Shown one piece after another: positions 11,447 through 24,000 of a DNA stretch of 64,000 bases. A program made the translations under genes and the position numbers. Numbering within the stretch: the stretch's first letter is position 1; each line of letters begins with the position of its first letter. Source of the stretch: Tubiluchus corallicola (Eukaryota > Animalia > Priapulida); the NCBI GenBank assembly GCA_030141605.1, contig JAQGDQ010000607.1:65842-129841 (forward strand), written 5' to 3'. Under the pieces are notes generated by a model. That model did no database searches. It had not been told where the DNA came from and was given only the letters and a program-made list of their open reading frames with translations.

Positions 11447-14400
11447 ATATATATATATATATATCATTGTATATACAAGTAAGCAATATGGTGCATTGTA
11501 ATACAAGTAAGTGGTACATTGACAGATAATCACATCATTCATATTTATAACTATTTAAGAAAAATTTTTTCACTCTTTTAGGCTCATTCAAAGTTGTAAT
11601 TACATATTATGTTTTCCTTTCTCAACTTTCAGGTTCATTGCTCTGATACCATTGCTATTATTACATCATTTACTTCATCCTTATTTACATTAAGTTATCT
11701 ACAGAAGCATGCATAACTATAATCATTTTTTCATTTAAGTAAGAAGTGTGTTAATGACCGTATGGTCGTACACCCACCTCGCACTACTCAAATTATTTTA
11801 TTTAAAGTTTATTAATGTGTTTGATATTGTATTTTTTGATGTGTGAAAATAAATTCATAGTTCATAAAATCACTTGATTCACTTTATTCTTGTTTTTCTA
11901 GGGTCCGCTTGTATTTTTAGAGCACGCCATTTTGCAGTTAGCCATGCGTATTCTTTACCAGAAGGGATATACACCATTGTACACGCCGTTCTTCATGCGT
12001 AAGGAAGTGATGCAAGAGGTGGCACAGCTCAGTCAGTTTGACGAAGAACTGTATAAGGTGAAAAACGAACAAATAAAGCTTGAAAAATATTTTAGCTACA
12101 TTATGTTCGTTTGTGATGTCACTAGTCAATAGTTGGGTTCGCCCGCCGTTAATTAAGATCTTAATTACTATCTAATTATCAGAAATGCTTTAGCAGTATT
12201 ATAGATGTTAAAATCTGTACCATTAACCATACTTGAAAATGGGGCAGTATATGAAAAATTGTACCGTTTTCCTTTAATAAAAATTATATCTGCACAACAA
12301 ATACGTCATTAACCAATTACCACGGACTATTACGCAGGTACAGTAGTCGCCGCTTAATAGACTCACTTTAGGACCGAAGTATTTTGACCCAATTAACCCA
12401 CTGAATCTATTAACCGATGGATGTCGTATTACAGGTATAGAAGTATGAGGCATCAGCTTACTATGCACTGCAAAGGCTTTTAATGAATTTTAGAAAAGAA
12501 ATAATGCCTAAATTCCTTTGTGCAGTTAAAAATTAGAAAAAAATGTTTTATAATATTAATTTATATACGTGAATTAACAATAAATTAAAAAGTGTACTTT
12601 TCTAAATCACACAAGTCTGTTTATTTTGTAAAAATTACAAAAAATCATTTTGCCTTGCTGAATGCTCAATTTCAGATCGTTTTTTTAATATTCTGCCGAG
12701 AGTACTTTGGGAAAATTTCAACTGTGCTGCTGCACACCTCTGCCCCATCTTTGGAAGTTTATCGTACTGCTCTAAAATTTTCTGTTTCTTCTTAACTGTT
12801 AGATCTTTACGCTTATGCTCCATTTTTCAAACTTCTTAACTCTATGCCCTTATTTCCTGTATGATGTTTACTCTTGTAAGTCACAAGGAATACTGGCTGA
12901 TTACTGTACCTACACCTTTGACTATTAACTCATTGAGCCTGAAAGTGTGATTTGTAACTAGAGCATCAAAACGAAACCGCTAGGCAAGTGATTAAATGTT
13001 TAGCTTCCAGAAATTCTTTGGGTAACGAGGTTAATTGCAGTGGACGAGCGGGTAACAAATTTAAAGCAAAACCGCTACACTAGTGTATTAGCGCATGATA
13101 AACGTACCTGTTTACAAACAAAACGGTACTTAATATGATTGTTTCTGTATACCTAGTGCACAAAAGGGAAGTAAAGATGACATAAAAGTAGGAAAGGCTC
13201 TTTTAGCACATACAAATATCTTATTTTAAGTAGGTGAAGGAAAAATATCGAGTCAATCACCGATAGTTTTTATGTATATTTGAATAGAGGTGGCCCGTTC
13301 CAGGCGTTTTTGAGTCAATTAAGCGATTGAGTCTATTAACCGTGAGTCTATTAAGCAGCGACTATTGTATTACAGCTGTGGCAGTGTATGAATGTATGCT
13401 GTACTGTGACAACTTTCAGCAGACTAATGAAACTGTCTCTCTTTTAAGTCACTTTTATGAAATATAAAGTCAAATGAAGTGCAACTTTGGGGCCAACGAT
13501 CGGCTACACACTCTAAGTAAGCGTCACGTCTGGCTGTCCGAGTTCAACTCAAATTAATTTATCACTTTTAACGTAGAGGAATGCTGGCAAAGTATTCGAT
13601 ACTGTTAAGCGCGCCACACACATCATTGTGTGACCAAAATGTATTCTGTCATGAATTTGAACTCTGAAGCGAATACGATAATTTGACTATCACGACTTTT
13701 TCCAAGCTGGTTAAGCAAGAGAGATGATTTGCTTTCCTTCCTACTAAAAAACTACTAAAAAAATCGATAGTTAAGTGATTGAGTCTATGTTGTGGAGATC
13801 GCTGACATCTATTAGAATTAAATAGAACATTGTAGAATGTTCCATTAGAATAATCATCTTACCTTGTAGAATGTTCTGGAAAGAAGCTTTAATGTAATCA
13901 TACAGATTCTCACGGACGCACACTTACACATTCTCTTGTATACTTACATTTTCAGATGCACTTAAACGTTTTCCAGATTTTCACGTTTAGTGTAATCATT
14001 TCGCGTACCTTCATACTTTTGTGTTGTAGAATTCTCGCTTAATGAACGAGTTTAATTTGATGAAGTGTTTTCTGGTTTTCTCTACATTAGGTAAAGTTTG
14101 AAAAAATAATCAGAGCATTCGTAGCATACATGTTGTTAATTAACTCAAATTTTAAATAACCGTATCTTGTCAATAAGATTAAAAATGCGTTTTTGGCTAG
14201 TGAGTGGTGCCTCCTGGAGGGTGAGTCAGCAACATTTTACCAATTGGCAAGAACATTTTAAATTATTAGTCTAATTACATAAGTCTTTCCAGCAGGTAAG
14301 TGAAATGCTAAGTAATACAGATTTGCATGGAAAGTACTTTGGGACATAATTTAATATTTCCTTTTCTTCCCCTGATCTACATTTGCTGCTCATGTAATGG

Positions 14401-15040
14401 CGCCTTCGGGAGATTTAAAATGAAAACAGACAGAAATGAAATTCTTTACATTTTAATTACAGTCAAATTATCGTACATATACGCATAAAATTGCTATGAG
14501 GTAATATAATTTTTTAAGCCGATTTTTCTGAAACCTACTTCAGGTACCCCTTTTCTCGTCCTTTAAGTACAGTTATTAATATATAGACTAGCAAATGCCC
14601 CGCAAAAAAATTTGCGTACAGATACACTCATAATCAAAAATACGCAAACGTCCTACCTAGTGTTTGTTTACTTACCTAACGCAAAGCCAGCAGCAGCTTT
14701 TACTGAATTAAAGCTATAAGATTATAGGCAGAGTATAATGGATGACGTCAGAACAATGGCTTTGCGTCAACAGAAAATAGAACATCTAATTAACTCGTCG
14801 GTACTCCTCTTGGTGGACGATTACTATAATATAGACCACATCATTGTGTAGCCCTATTCTTCCTCTTTCTAAAGAGCTATATATCTCCATCCAAGAGTCC
14901 CACCAGGCGCCGCTAGAATGTTTTTTCTGCGGGCTGTTTGACCAAAATTTCGAAAAAAATCGCGAGTTGGGTCCGGGAAAACGCCCGTTACGGGACGCCG
15001 TGACCCTCTATATGCCGTCGTCGGAGCTGTAGCCTCGAAT

Positions 15041-15078
<38 letters not shown>

Positions 15079-18000
15079 AGTCGAATTAATATATACAATT
15101 AATGATTTGGCCAGATAATTTATTGTAGATTCCATTGTTTTTTTTCTGTAAACTTTTTGCCCGTTTTGAATTTGTTTATAAATGTTTGTGCCATTGTCTT
15201 GTGGAATTTTCCTCAGGTTATAGGAAAAGGTTCAGAAAAATTGGGAGAAGATTGCATAGAAGAGAAGTACCTGATCGCGACATCGGAGCAGCCTATTGCG
15301 GCTTACCATCGCGGGGAGTGGATACACCACGAGGATTTACCCAAATGCTACATGGGCGTGTCCACGTGCTTCCGACAAGAGTGCGGCTCTCACGGACGTG
15401 ACACACGCGGAATATTTCGGGTTCATCAGTTTGAAAAGGTTTGTCTTGTGCCTTATGTGTGCTCGGCTTGTGTCTTGTGTTAATAATAATAATAATCTTT
15501 ATTTAAAGTCGGTTTTTGGGTGAACAATTAACATTAGCTCAAAGAGCTATTATTGCCGACTGTAAATAACAACCTACAACTACATAACAGAGACTATTAT
15601 TACCCCACTTTTACCTCCTAAATACCACGCGTCAGGCAGGGCAACAGCAGGTACCATTTTTAAAGTCTTTGGTATGACCCGGCCGCTGGTTCGAACTCAC
15701 GACCTCCCAGACGCAAAGCAGACGCATTACCACTGGACTAAGCCTGTTGTTGGGCAGTGTCACATGCCTTGCGTCTCCTGTGCTTCTCCTCTGCCTCCTC
15801 AATTCTTTTCGCCTCTGCTGTCTTAGCCCCTGTGGTGATGGCACTCTGCCAGGCTGAGCGATCTTGTGCAAGGGTTTCCATTGAGCGGATATCCATGCTG
15901 AGCTCCTTGAGTGAGGCCTTCAGGCTGTCTTTGAAGCGTTTCTTTGGTCGTCCAACCTTTCTCTTTCCAGACACAAGTTCTCCATAGAGCATCTTTGGTA
16001 TGCGGTTGTCTGGCATGCGAATCACATGTCCTGCCCACTGAACCTGTGTTTTGAGGAGGTTTTTATATATATTACCAATATGGAAATGTAAGTGTTGCAA
16101 CAGCGCAGCTCCCTTGAATATTCCAGTACAGAGAGGCAATAGAAAACTTGAGGTTTAGCCTGCACATTTCTAACAGATCAAGGCAATTTCAATGATTTTC
16201 TATTCAATATTGGTTATGCAGACAATAATATGTGGGGGGGGGGGAGGAGAGGCTAACCCCCCACTTTATCTGTCTGTTTGAATGGAAATTCGTAAGTCGC
16301 ATTAAATGAGAAAACTTTGTACGCGTTTTACAGCACCAGCATGTTAATTATATGTTAATTAATTAACTTGTCGTGATAATTTGATTTTATTTAACTTTGC
16401 TAATATTTTGTTAGATAATTTTGTTTTATCACTAACCTATTGAGATTAATTAATGTCCGAAAATTGCTATCAATATCAGTTATTAAGGCAGAGGTGTGCA
16501 AATTATCTGACTAGCCGGGCCACATTAAACTTTCCCGCAATTCCTGCGGGCCACAGGCAGTTTGATCAACGAGTCAAGTACAGAAAGGCCTAATAACGAT
16601 TTTTTTGCATTCGACCTGTGTACATCATTACTACTACACTCAAGAAACCATTTTAGAAGTTATTAAAATTTATATTACAAACCATATATTTCTACTTTCA
16701 GGACAGATAGTGGTAATTTCATTACAATGCATATTAGTAATGTGTATCACACAGTCTGTGTAGTACAGTGTTATTAAGCTACAACCGTGTTGTAAGGGTT
16801 AATGGCATCCGATCTAGTAGAAAAAACTATCCGCACTATCTTTGGGATCGTGGCACGGACTTCAGCTGGATACACTCAATTAATCGCCCGGGCCGCACTT
16901 TCATCAGGTTGACAAATCTCTTCATGGGCCGCACAAATTCTCTCGGTGGGCCACAAGTGGCCCGCGGGCCGCAATTTGCACACCCCTGTATTAAGGTTTA
17001 CATTCCTATAGTAACTGTATTTGTACGGTTTTATACTATCTGTATTTGTGTACAGTCACTTTAATAGCAGCTTGTTTCTTCCAGATTGAACAGTTTGTGT
17101 TGACTTCACCGCACGATGACAAGTCGTGGGAAATGATGGATCAGATGATGGAAAATGCGGAAGAGTTTAACAAACTGTTAGAGCTACCGTACCGAATAGT
17201 TGCTATAGTATCAGGTTCAGTGATTTTGCGTTTTCCATTTTTACTTTTGCAGGTTTCTCGTGAGTTCTACAAGGTGTTTTATAAACGTTTTGCTTTTTGA
17301 GGGATCGTCACTTTCGTTCAGGCTTGCATTCTTCATATTCTGAAACTTTGTCTTGACATTTGGTAACACTTATTGACAGGACACTTCCTAATCCAGGATT
17401 TGATGCGTGGGTCTTGAATGCAAATAATTTTGGCAAAGTCCAGGACTATATTGTTTAGTCCAGGACTATATTGTTTAGTCCAGAATGATATTGTTTAGTC
17501 CAGGTCTATATTGTTTAGTCCAGGACTATATTGTTTAGTCCAGAATGATATTGTTTAGTCCAGGTCTATATTGTTTAGTCCAGGACTATATTGTTTAGTC
17601 TAGGACTATATTGTTTAGTCCAGGACTATATTGTTTAGTCCAGGATTATATTGTTTAGTCCAGGACTATATTGTTTAGTCCAGGATGATATTGTTTAGTC
17701 CAGGACTGTATTGTTTAGTCCAGAATGATATTGTTTAGTCCAGGACTATATTGTTTAGTCCAGAATGATATTGTTTAGTCCAGGTCTATATTGTTTAGTC
17801 CAGGACTATATTGTTTAGTCCAGGACTATATTGTTTAGTCAAGGACTATATTGTTTAGTCCAGGACTATATTGTTTAGTCCAGGACTATATTGTTTAGTC
17901 CAGGTCTATATTGTTTAGTCCAGGACTATATTGTTTAGTCCAGGACTATATTGTTTAGTCTAGGTTGCTCGCTAGGAACGTTATTATCAATCAAACATGT

Positions 18001-21000
18001 TGATGTTTCATTACCTACCTGATGTTTTTAGTCAGTCCGCTTTGTAAGCAGTGCTTTTTAGCCATATAAGACAGTGGCGGATTTAGGGGGTGGGCCCAAG
18101 GGGGCGGCCCTTTCATAGTAGCAATTACGGCACACCAAGTGAATATTTTCTCTGGATTATAAGCTTTCGAACGTTTGGTGGTAGCTTTTAATGACTTATA
18201 TCGAGTAAAAAGTTCTGCATTAATGATTTTAGTGTAAAAAATGTTTGTGCACTTTAAGTGATAATTGAAATTTTTGATAGAGATATAGCGATTGATGATG
18301 ATCATGAAAAGGCCTTGAGTTAAGTGTAGCAGACGACCCATTTGTGTAAACTTATCAATGCCTCACAGCCCGCGCTGTTGTAATAGTAGCAGTTTAGCCC
18401 GCACTGTTGTAATAGTAACAGTTTTAACAGCTAGCTAGAACCTTACCTAGTTCATTTTTTCTTCTTCCCAAGCAAGATCCTAATGAATAATTAATTAAAG
18501 TCCATGTAAAACAGCAGAAGTTACTGAACTGATACAGCAAATGGCTTTGCTTTACACACATGCCATGTGACACTTGTAGCTAAGATGTGTTGCTATGGTG
18601 CACTTAGCCTACAGCACATCGAAACTGTGAAAAGGCTTTTTTCACTTTTGTTGGCTCATTACATTCCCCCGGTTTCGATGCTGCTTGCACTTTGGAAACC
18701 AAATTTGTTCATTTAGCAGAGAAAACTTTTGGCTTCCTAGTTGCAGCTTTGCATTTTTGTGTAGCGTAAACTACGTATAAGTGGAACACCTCGAGACTGC
18801 AGAATTTGGAGTTATGCGTAGATACGCGTTAGACAGTGTTCGTAAGAAAACAAGATTGATTTGCTTATAAAAATCAGACATATAATATTTGTTGCTGGCT
18901 CCCCTTGAACTCCATTGGAGGCCTAGGTGGCCCCAAAACCCACGGCTTGTTTCAGAGTTTTTTACAATTTGTCATTCTCATCCCTGACATATTCTACAGC
19001 CTGTGAAAATGACAAACAGAACCTTTAATCAAACATCAAACCATTTTTATGAATACGGTAATCAAAAATAAAATGATTTGCCTACCTTTATTTTAGTCTG
19101 GGTAGCTATTTCTGTCACTGTTGTTGTTGTTGTTGTTTTTGTTGTTGTTGTTGTTGATGGTGATGATGATGATGATGATGACGACGACAACGACGAGGAC
19201 GATGATGATGAACAGATACGCACACGCCAAGGAAACAACTGCAGAGGGTGGAAGAACTGACAAGATCTATGCAGTGAATGACGACGACGATGATGATAAT
19301 GATTCTACTACTATTAGTACTGCTGCTGCTGCTGCTGCTACTCCCATTGCTACTGCTGTCACTGCTACTGTTGTTTTTGTTGATGATGATGATGATGACG
19401 AAGACGACGATGATGCACAGACACAGAGGCTAAATTGCAATAATGAGTATTTTACGAAGAGAGGAGAAAAGAAGAAAGAAAAAGAAAGTAGAGGAAAAAG
19501 TGGAAGGAAACATTAACACAGTACTAGAGATATTATGCTGGTGTTATTTTAGTCTGGTTAATAGAATTCGGCAGTAATGGTAAAGAGGAAAGTGAAGGGG
19601 AAAATTCCGTGAGAAATCCGTTGGAGATACGCAAGAATTCGAGTTACATAGTTTAAGTAATTTGTTTGTTTTGTGTCAACTTTTTACAGGTTGTTTGTTT
19701 ACTGAATTGTTGTTTGTTTTCTGTTTCAGGAGCCCTGAATAACGCAGCGGCCAAGAAGCTAGATTTGGAAGCTTGGTTTCCGGGATCGGGAGCTTTCCGT
19801 GAACTTGTTTCCTGTTCCAATTGTACGGATTATCAATCGCGTAGCTTACACGTCCGTTACGGACAAACTAAGAAAATGAATGCTCAGGTTAGAAGATTAG
19901 CTACCAGGTGGCGCTGCACCTGTTTTTCTTATAAATATTCGTTTTGGACTTTCCCATTGTGACTTTGGTGCTTCTGATAAGTGACTCATCATACTCAGAA
20001 TTCTTCTGGCGAAATAACTGAAAAAAATTACACTCATTTGTCAAAGTTTGCAAAGATAAGACTACAATAAAAATACTTTTGACTAATATTTTTTATCACA
20101 CATTCGGCTGGGAATTTATAATAATGTAATAATTAATTTAACTAGCAAATGCCCCGCAAAAAATGTTGTGTATAAATACACTCATAATCAAAAATACGCG
20201 AGCATCCTACCTAGTGTTTGCTTACTTACCTAACGCAAAGCCAGCAGCAGCAGCTTTTACTGAATTAAAGTTATAGACAGAGTATAATGGATGACGTCAG
20301 AACAATGGCTTTGCATCAGCAGTCCTCCAAACAAAAATTGCCAAAAATAGAACATCTAATTAACTCGTCGGCACTCCTTTTGGTGGACGTATCCTAAAAT
20401 ATAGCCCACGTCATCATGTAGCCCTGTTCTTCCTCTTTCGAAAGAGCCGAATATCTCCTTCCGAGAGTCCCACTAGGCGCCGCTAGAGCATTTTTTCCGC
20501 AGACTGTTTGATCAAAGTTTCGAAAAAATCGCGAGTTGGGTCCGGGAAAACGCCTGTTACGGGACGCTGTGGCCCTCTTGCAAATTGAAAATACACCTAT
20601 GACACCCACCGCTGAATGGGCTGTCTATCCAAATTAATAGCGTAATAATTAATTTAATGTTGTTGTTTCGGCGGCAAGGAAGCAGCCATGTTTTTCTACA
20701 ACTAACTCTCGGCCATACATTGCCGTTTTCTATGATTGCGATTGCGATACTCGACTCTCTCCATCTATCAGAGGTGGGCACCTTTATAGGGTGCAAAGTC
20801 TTTTCTTCTATAACGGTGATCTTTTAGTTGTCTTTTTCAAGTTTAATGTCTTTATTTGTCTTTATCCTGTATTCCATCCATTCGTTCACTAGATTTCTAA
20901 TTTCTAGCAATCCTTCCTTTTCACTGTTAATATATCTGAGTTCAAGATTTTTTTCCATTCTCCATATCTGTAACATCTAAGCATATGTTCAGTAGTGTCA

Positions 21001-24000
21001 TCATCTTCCTCACACACTGGGCATAATAACTGATCCTTGTAGTTCCCTTTAACTTTAATCATATTCAGTCTTATTTTCAATATATCTTTAACCTCTTCTG
21101 GCTTACATGTGTCTATGTAATTTTGTCGTTTCCACTTGGTACGCCTTAAAAATCTTAATTTAGTGCTGCTCCTGCATTTTTCTGCACATTCATTTTTGAT
21201 AAAATATTCAATCTTATTCTTTATTTCTTTCTTCCATTCAGAATTTTTCATGACCTTCACCCTTTCTTCATGATGCTGAATCGTTTTGGAGTTTAGAAAG
21301 TATCGTGTTTTCCCCCAAGTCATTGTAATGACAGCTGAGTAGGGTTGCCACTTGTACCATAATTATCAGAACATACATTGGACACATGCATGAAAATGCC
21401 TGTATATGTTCAGAGGAAACACAAACAGTTGAACATTTGCTTTTTAATTGTACTCTGGTCGATGTAAATAAATGATTAGCGCTCGCAAATATCCTACAAT
21501 CTCAGAACGTTAAGAAAAATTTATACCTCTCGTGACAAAAACCTGCTAGATGCTTTCACTGAGTTAGTTTGTGATTCGTTTTTACAAATTTTAGTATAAA
21601 ATATTGAACTTTGAGTAACAGACAAATCCGTGATTTATTGGTATATAAAAATACGAATGTAACGGCTATTTTATTTACCAAGTTTTTTTAACCATACCCT
21701 GCAAGTAGAGGATCCCTGTATGTATTTTATGTAAATATTTGTGTATGCGTATAATTTAAATTTTAAGTAAAGAATTATAATAATAATAATACCATACAAA
21801 AGACAGACTATACTATAAGCGATAATTATACAATAATTTAGTAAAGCAAAACAAAAAACTAAAAAAGAAAGCGTAAAAAAATGCGCATTGGAAAAATTTC
21901 AAACATTGCTGCTAACCAGTGGGAAATAAATAAACTTGCCTCTCAACTGATTTTAAATATTCCATGATTCAGCTTTAAATATTCACAAAGCTTTAAAAAA
22001 ATTGAAAAAATTACAAATAATAATAATAATAATAATAATAACATTAATAAACCTTTTAAACAGACAAGCACCATAAGCCCAAAGATCATTTTGGCAATCC
22101 TAAAATAGTAAATTTAAACTACATACTGGGTTAGACCTCCTTTACTCTAAAAACCACAAACAAGACAATAGCATGTAGCATTTTTTAAAGGACAAGAAAA
22201 TGGCCAAGCAAAGTAAGCCTCAGAAAATTTGCAATAAAAAATTATATCACCTAAGTATAATCTAAAGTACTCACGTTTTCGCATTTACTCCAATTTTTGT
22301 AAAATATTTCTTCCCCGCTTTTACTGCCATCTTTTGAGCTCTTGAGGTAAGACAGATAATTTTTTTTCTGGCTGCCCTAAATTCAAAGTTGATCTTGTAT
22401 TAGTTAGCTAACTGTCTTTACTTAGCTACTTACCTAAATCTCAGGGATGAGAATGACAAATTGCAAAAAACTCTGAAACAGGCCGGGGGTTTGGGAGCCA
22501 TCTAGGTTCCCAATGGGGTTGCGAGGCAAAGCCCCCATGAGGGTTAAAGGTGATGAAGCCCCTTGGACCCAGAAACAAATTGCAATTTTGTGACCATAGA
22601 GAGCCTCTAAGTGGACTTAAAATATGAATTACCTTGTTTCATACATAATTTAAAATACCCGACTATCAAGGATACATGATACCTAATTGACTCAAAAACG
22701 CCTAAGTACTAGCCGCTCCTATGCAAAAGTATATAAAAATTGTCTGCAATTGACTCAAATAACTCCGTACAATTGATTCTACATTTTTATACATAGAGAT
22801 ATACACGTGGTTACACTGATGTACATGATGTAAACAAAGTGACGGCCTGCCAACTAGCGGTCAGCTTGTGAAATAATGTAGTGGGTCCGTAAAAATTTTC
22901 TCTACGAATTTACGCGATTTACAAAAATGGCACTGCTGGTCTTCCAAAAACTCGGAATTCCGCGGAAAATTCTCATCCCTGAAATCTAGCCAACTGCTTC
23001 GGACACAATAACACATTGCTGGCAATGTGATATATATCCGTAGCAACTATCCATTATAGATCTTTTTAAAAGTACTAAATTGTTTATTTTTTTCTCCTAT
23101 AGGTGGAGTATGTGCACATGCTGAATGCCACGATGTGTGCAACAACTAGAACCATTTGTGCTATATTAGAGAACAATCAGACAGAAACAGGTATTACTGT
23201 ACCTGAGGCTCTACGACCATATATGCCTAAAGGTTAGTGCTCACTGCACTTTTGTGAGGGAGTTTGTATTTTGATGTGCATGTAGTTGCAGTCAGATTTT
23301 CTTTTATTCTGTGTTATAATTATACTGGGCACTTTTTGTTTAAATCATTTTAGTTTTTTACTGTTAATACCAGGGATGAGAATTTTCCGTGGATATGCGG
23401 AATTCCGAGTTTTTGGAAGACCAGTTTACATTTTATATCAAGATGTGTTTATGTAATATGTTTATGTGTTTCTGCTGTCATCGATTCTTAAAGGAAGTCG
23501 GGATGATTTTTCATATACTACCCCATTTTGAAGTCCGATAAAAAGTATACATTTTAACACGATTAATACCGTAAAAGTGTTTCTGATAACTAAATAATAG
23601 ATTAAAAATTTAATTAACAGCTGGCGAGCCCAACTATTGATGATATCACAAACTAACATAGTTTTCAGCAGCAAAAGTATTCCATGAGCGCGTTGCACGT
23701 ATTTGCCAAAGTGATAATTGAAGAACAGCGCTACTGTACGATATTCACTGTGTTGCACTAAGACTATGCAAGTTTTAAATTCAAAATTTTAAATTACCTG
23801 TGACTTTTTACCTGTGATTTTTTTACCTGTGATTTTTTTACCTGTGACTTTCTTACCTGCGACTTTCTTATCTGTAACTTTTAACCGGAAAACAAATTTT
23901 ATCGATAATTTTCAATTTCCTTTCTAGGTTTAGACGAAATGATTCCGTTCGTGAAGCCGGCGCCGATCGACGAAGCGGAAACGAAGAAGCGGAAGAAACA

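Noticed and set aside
17438-17963. Regular short repeat arrays (also 50600-51714, 63052-64000) as possible CRISPR
   Set aside because: Head-to-tail units without unique spacers, eukaryotic context, no cas genes.
19078-19516. Acidic / poly-Ala ORFs in SerRS intron 8
   Set aside because: Trinucleotide microsatellite translations.
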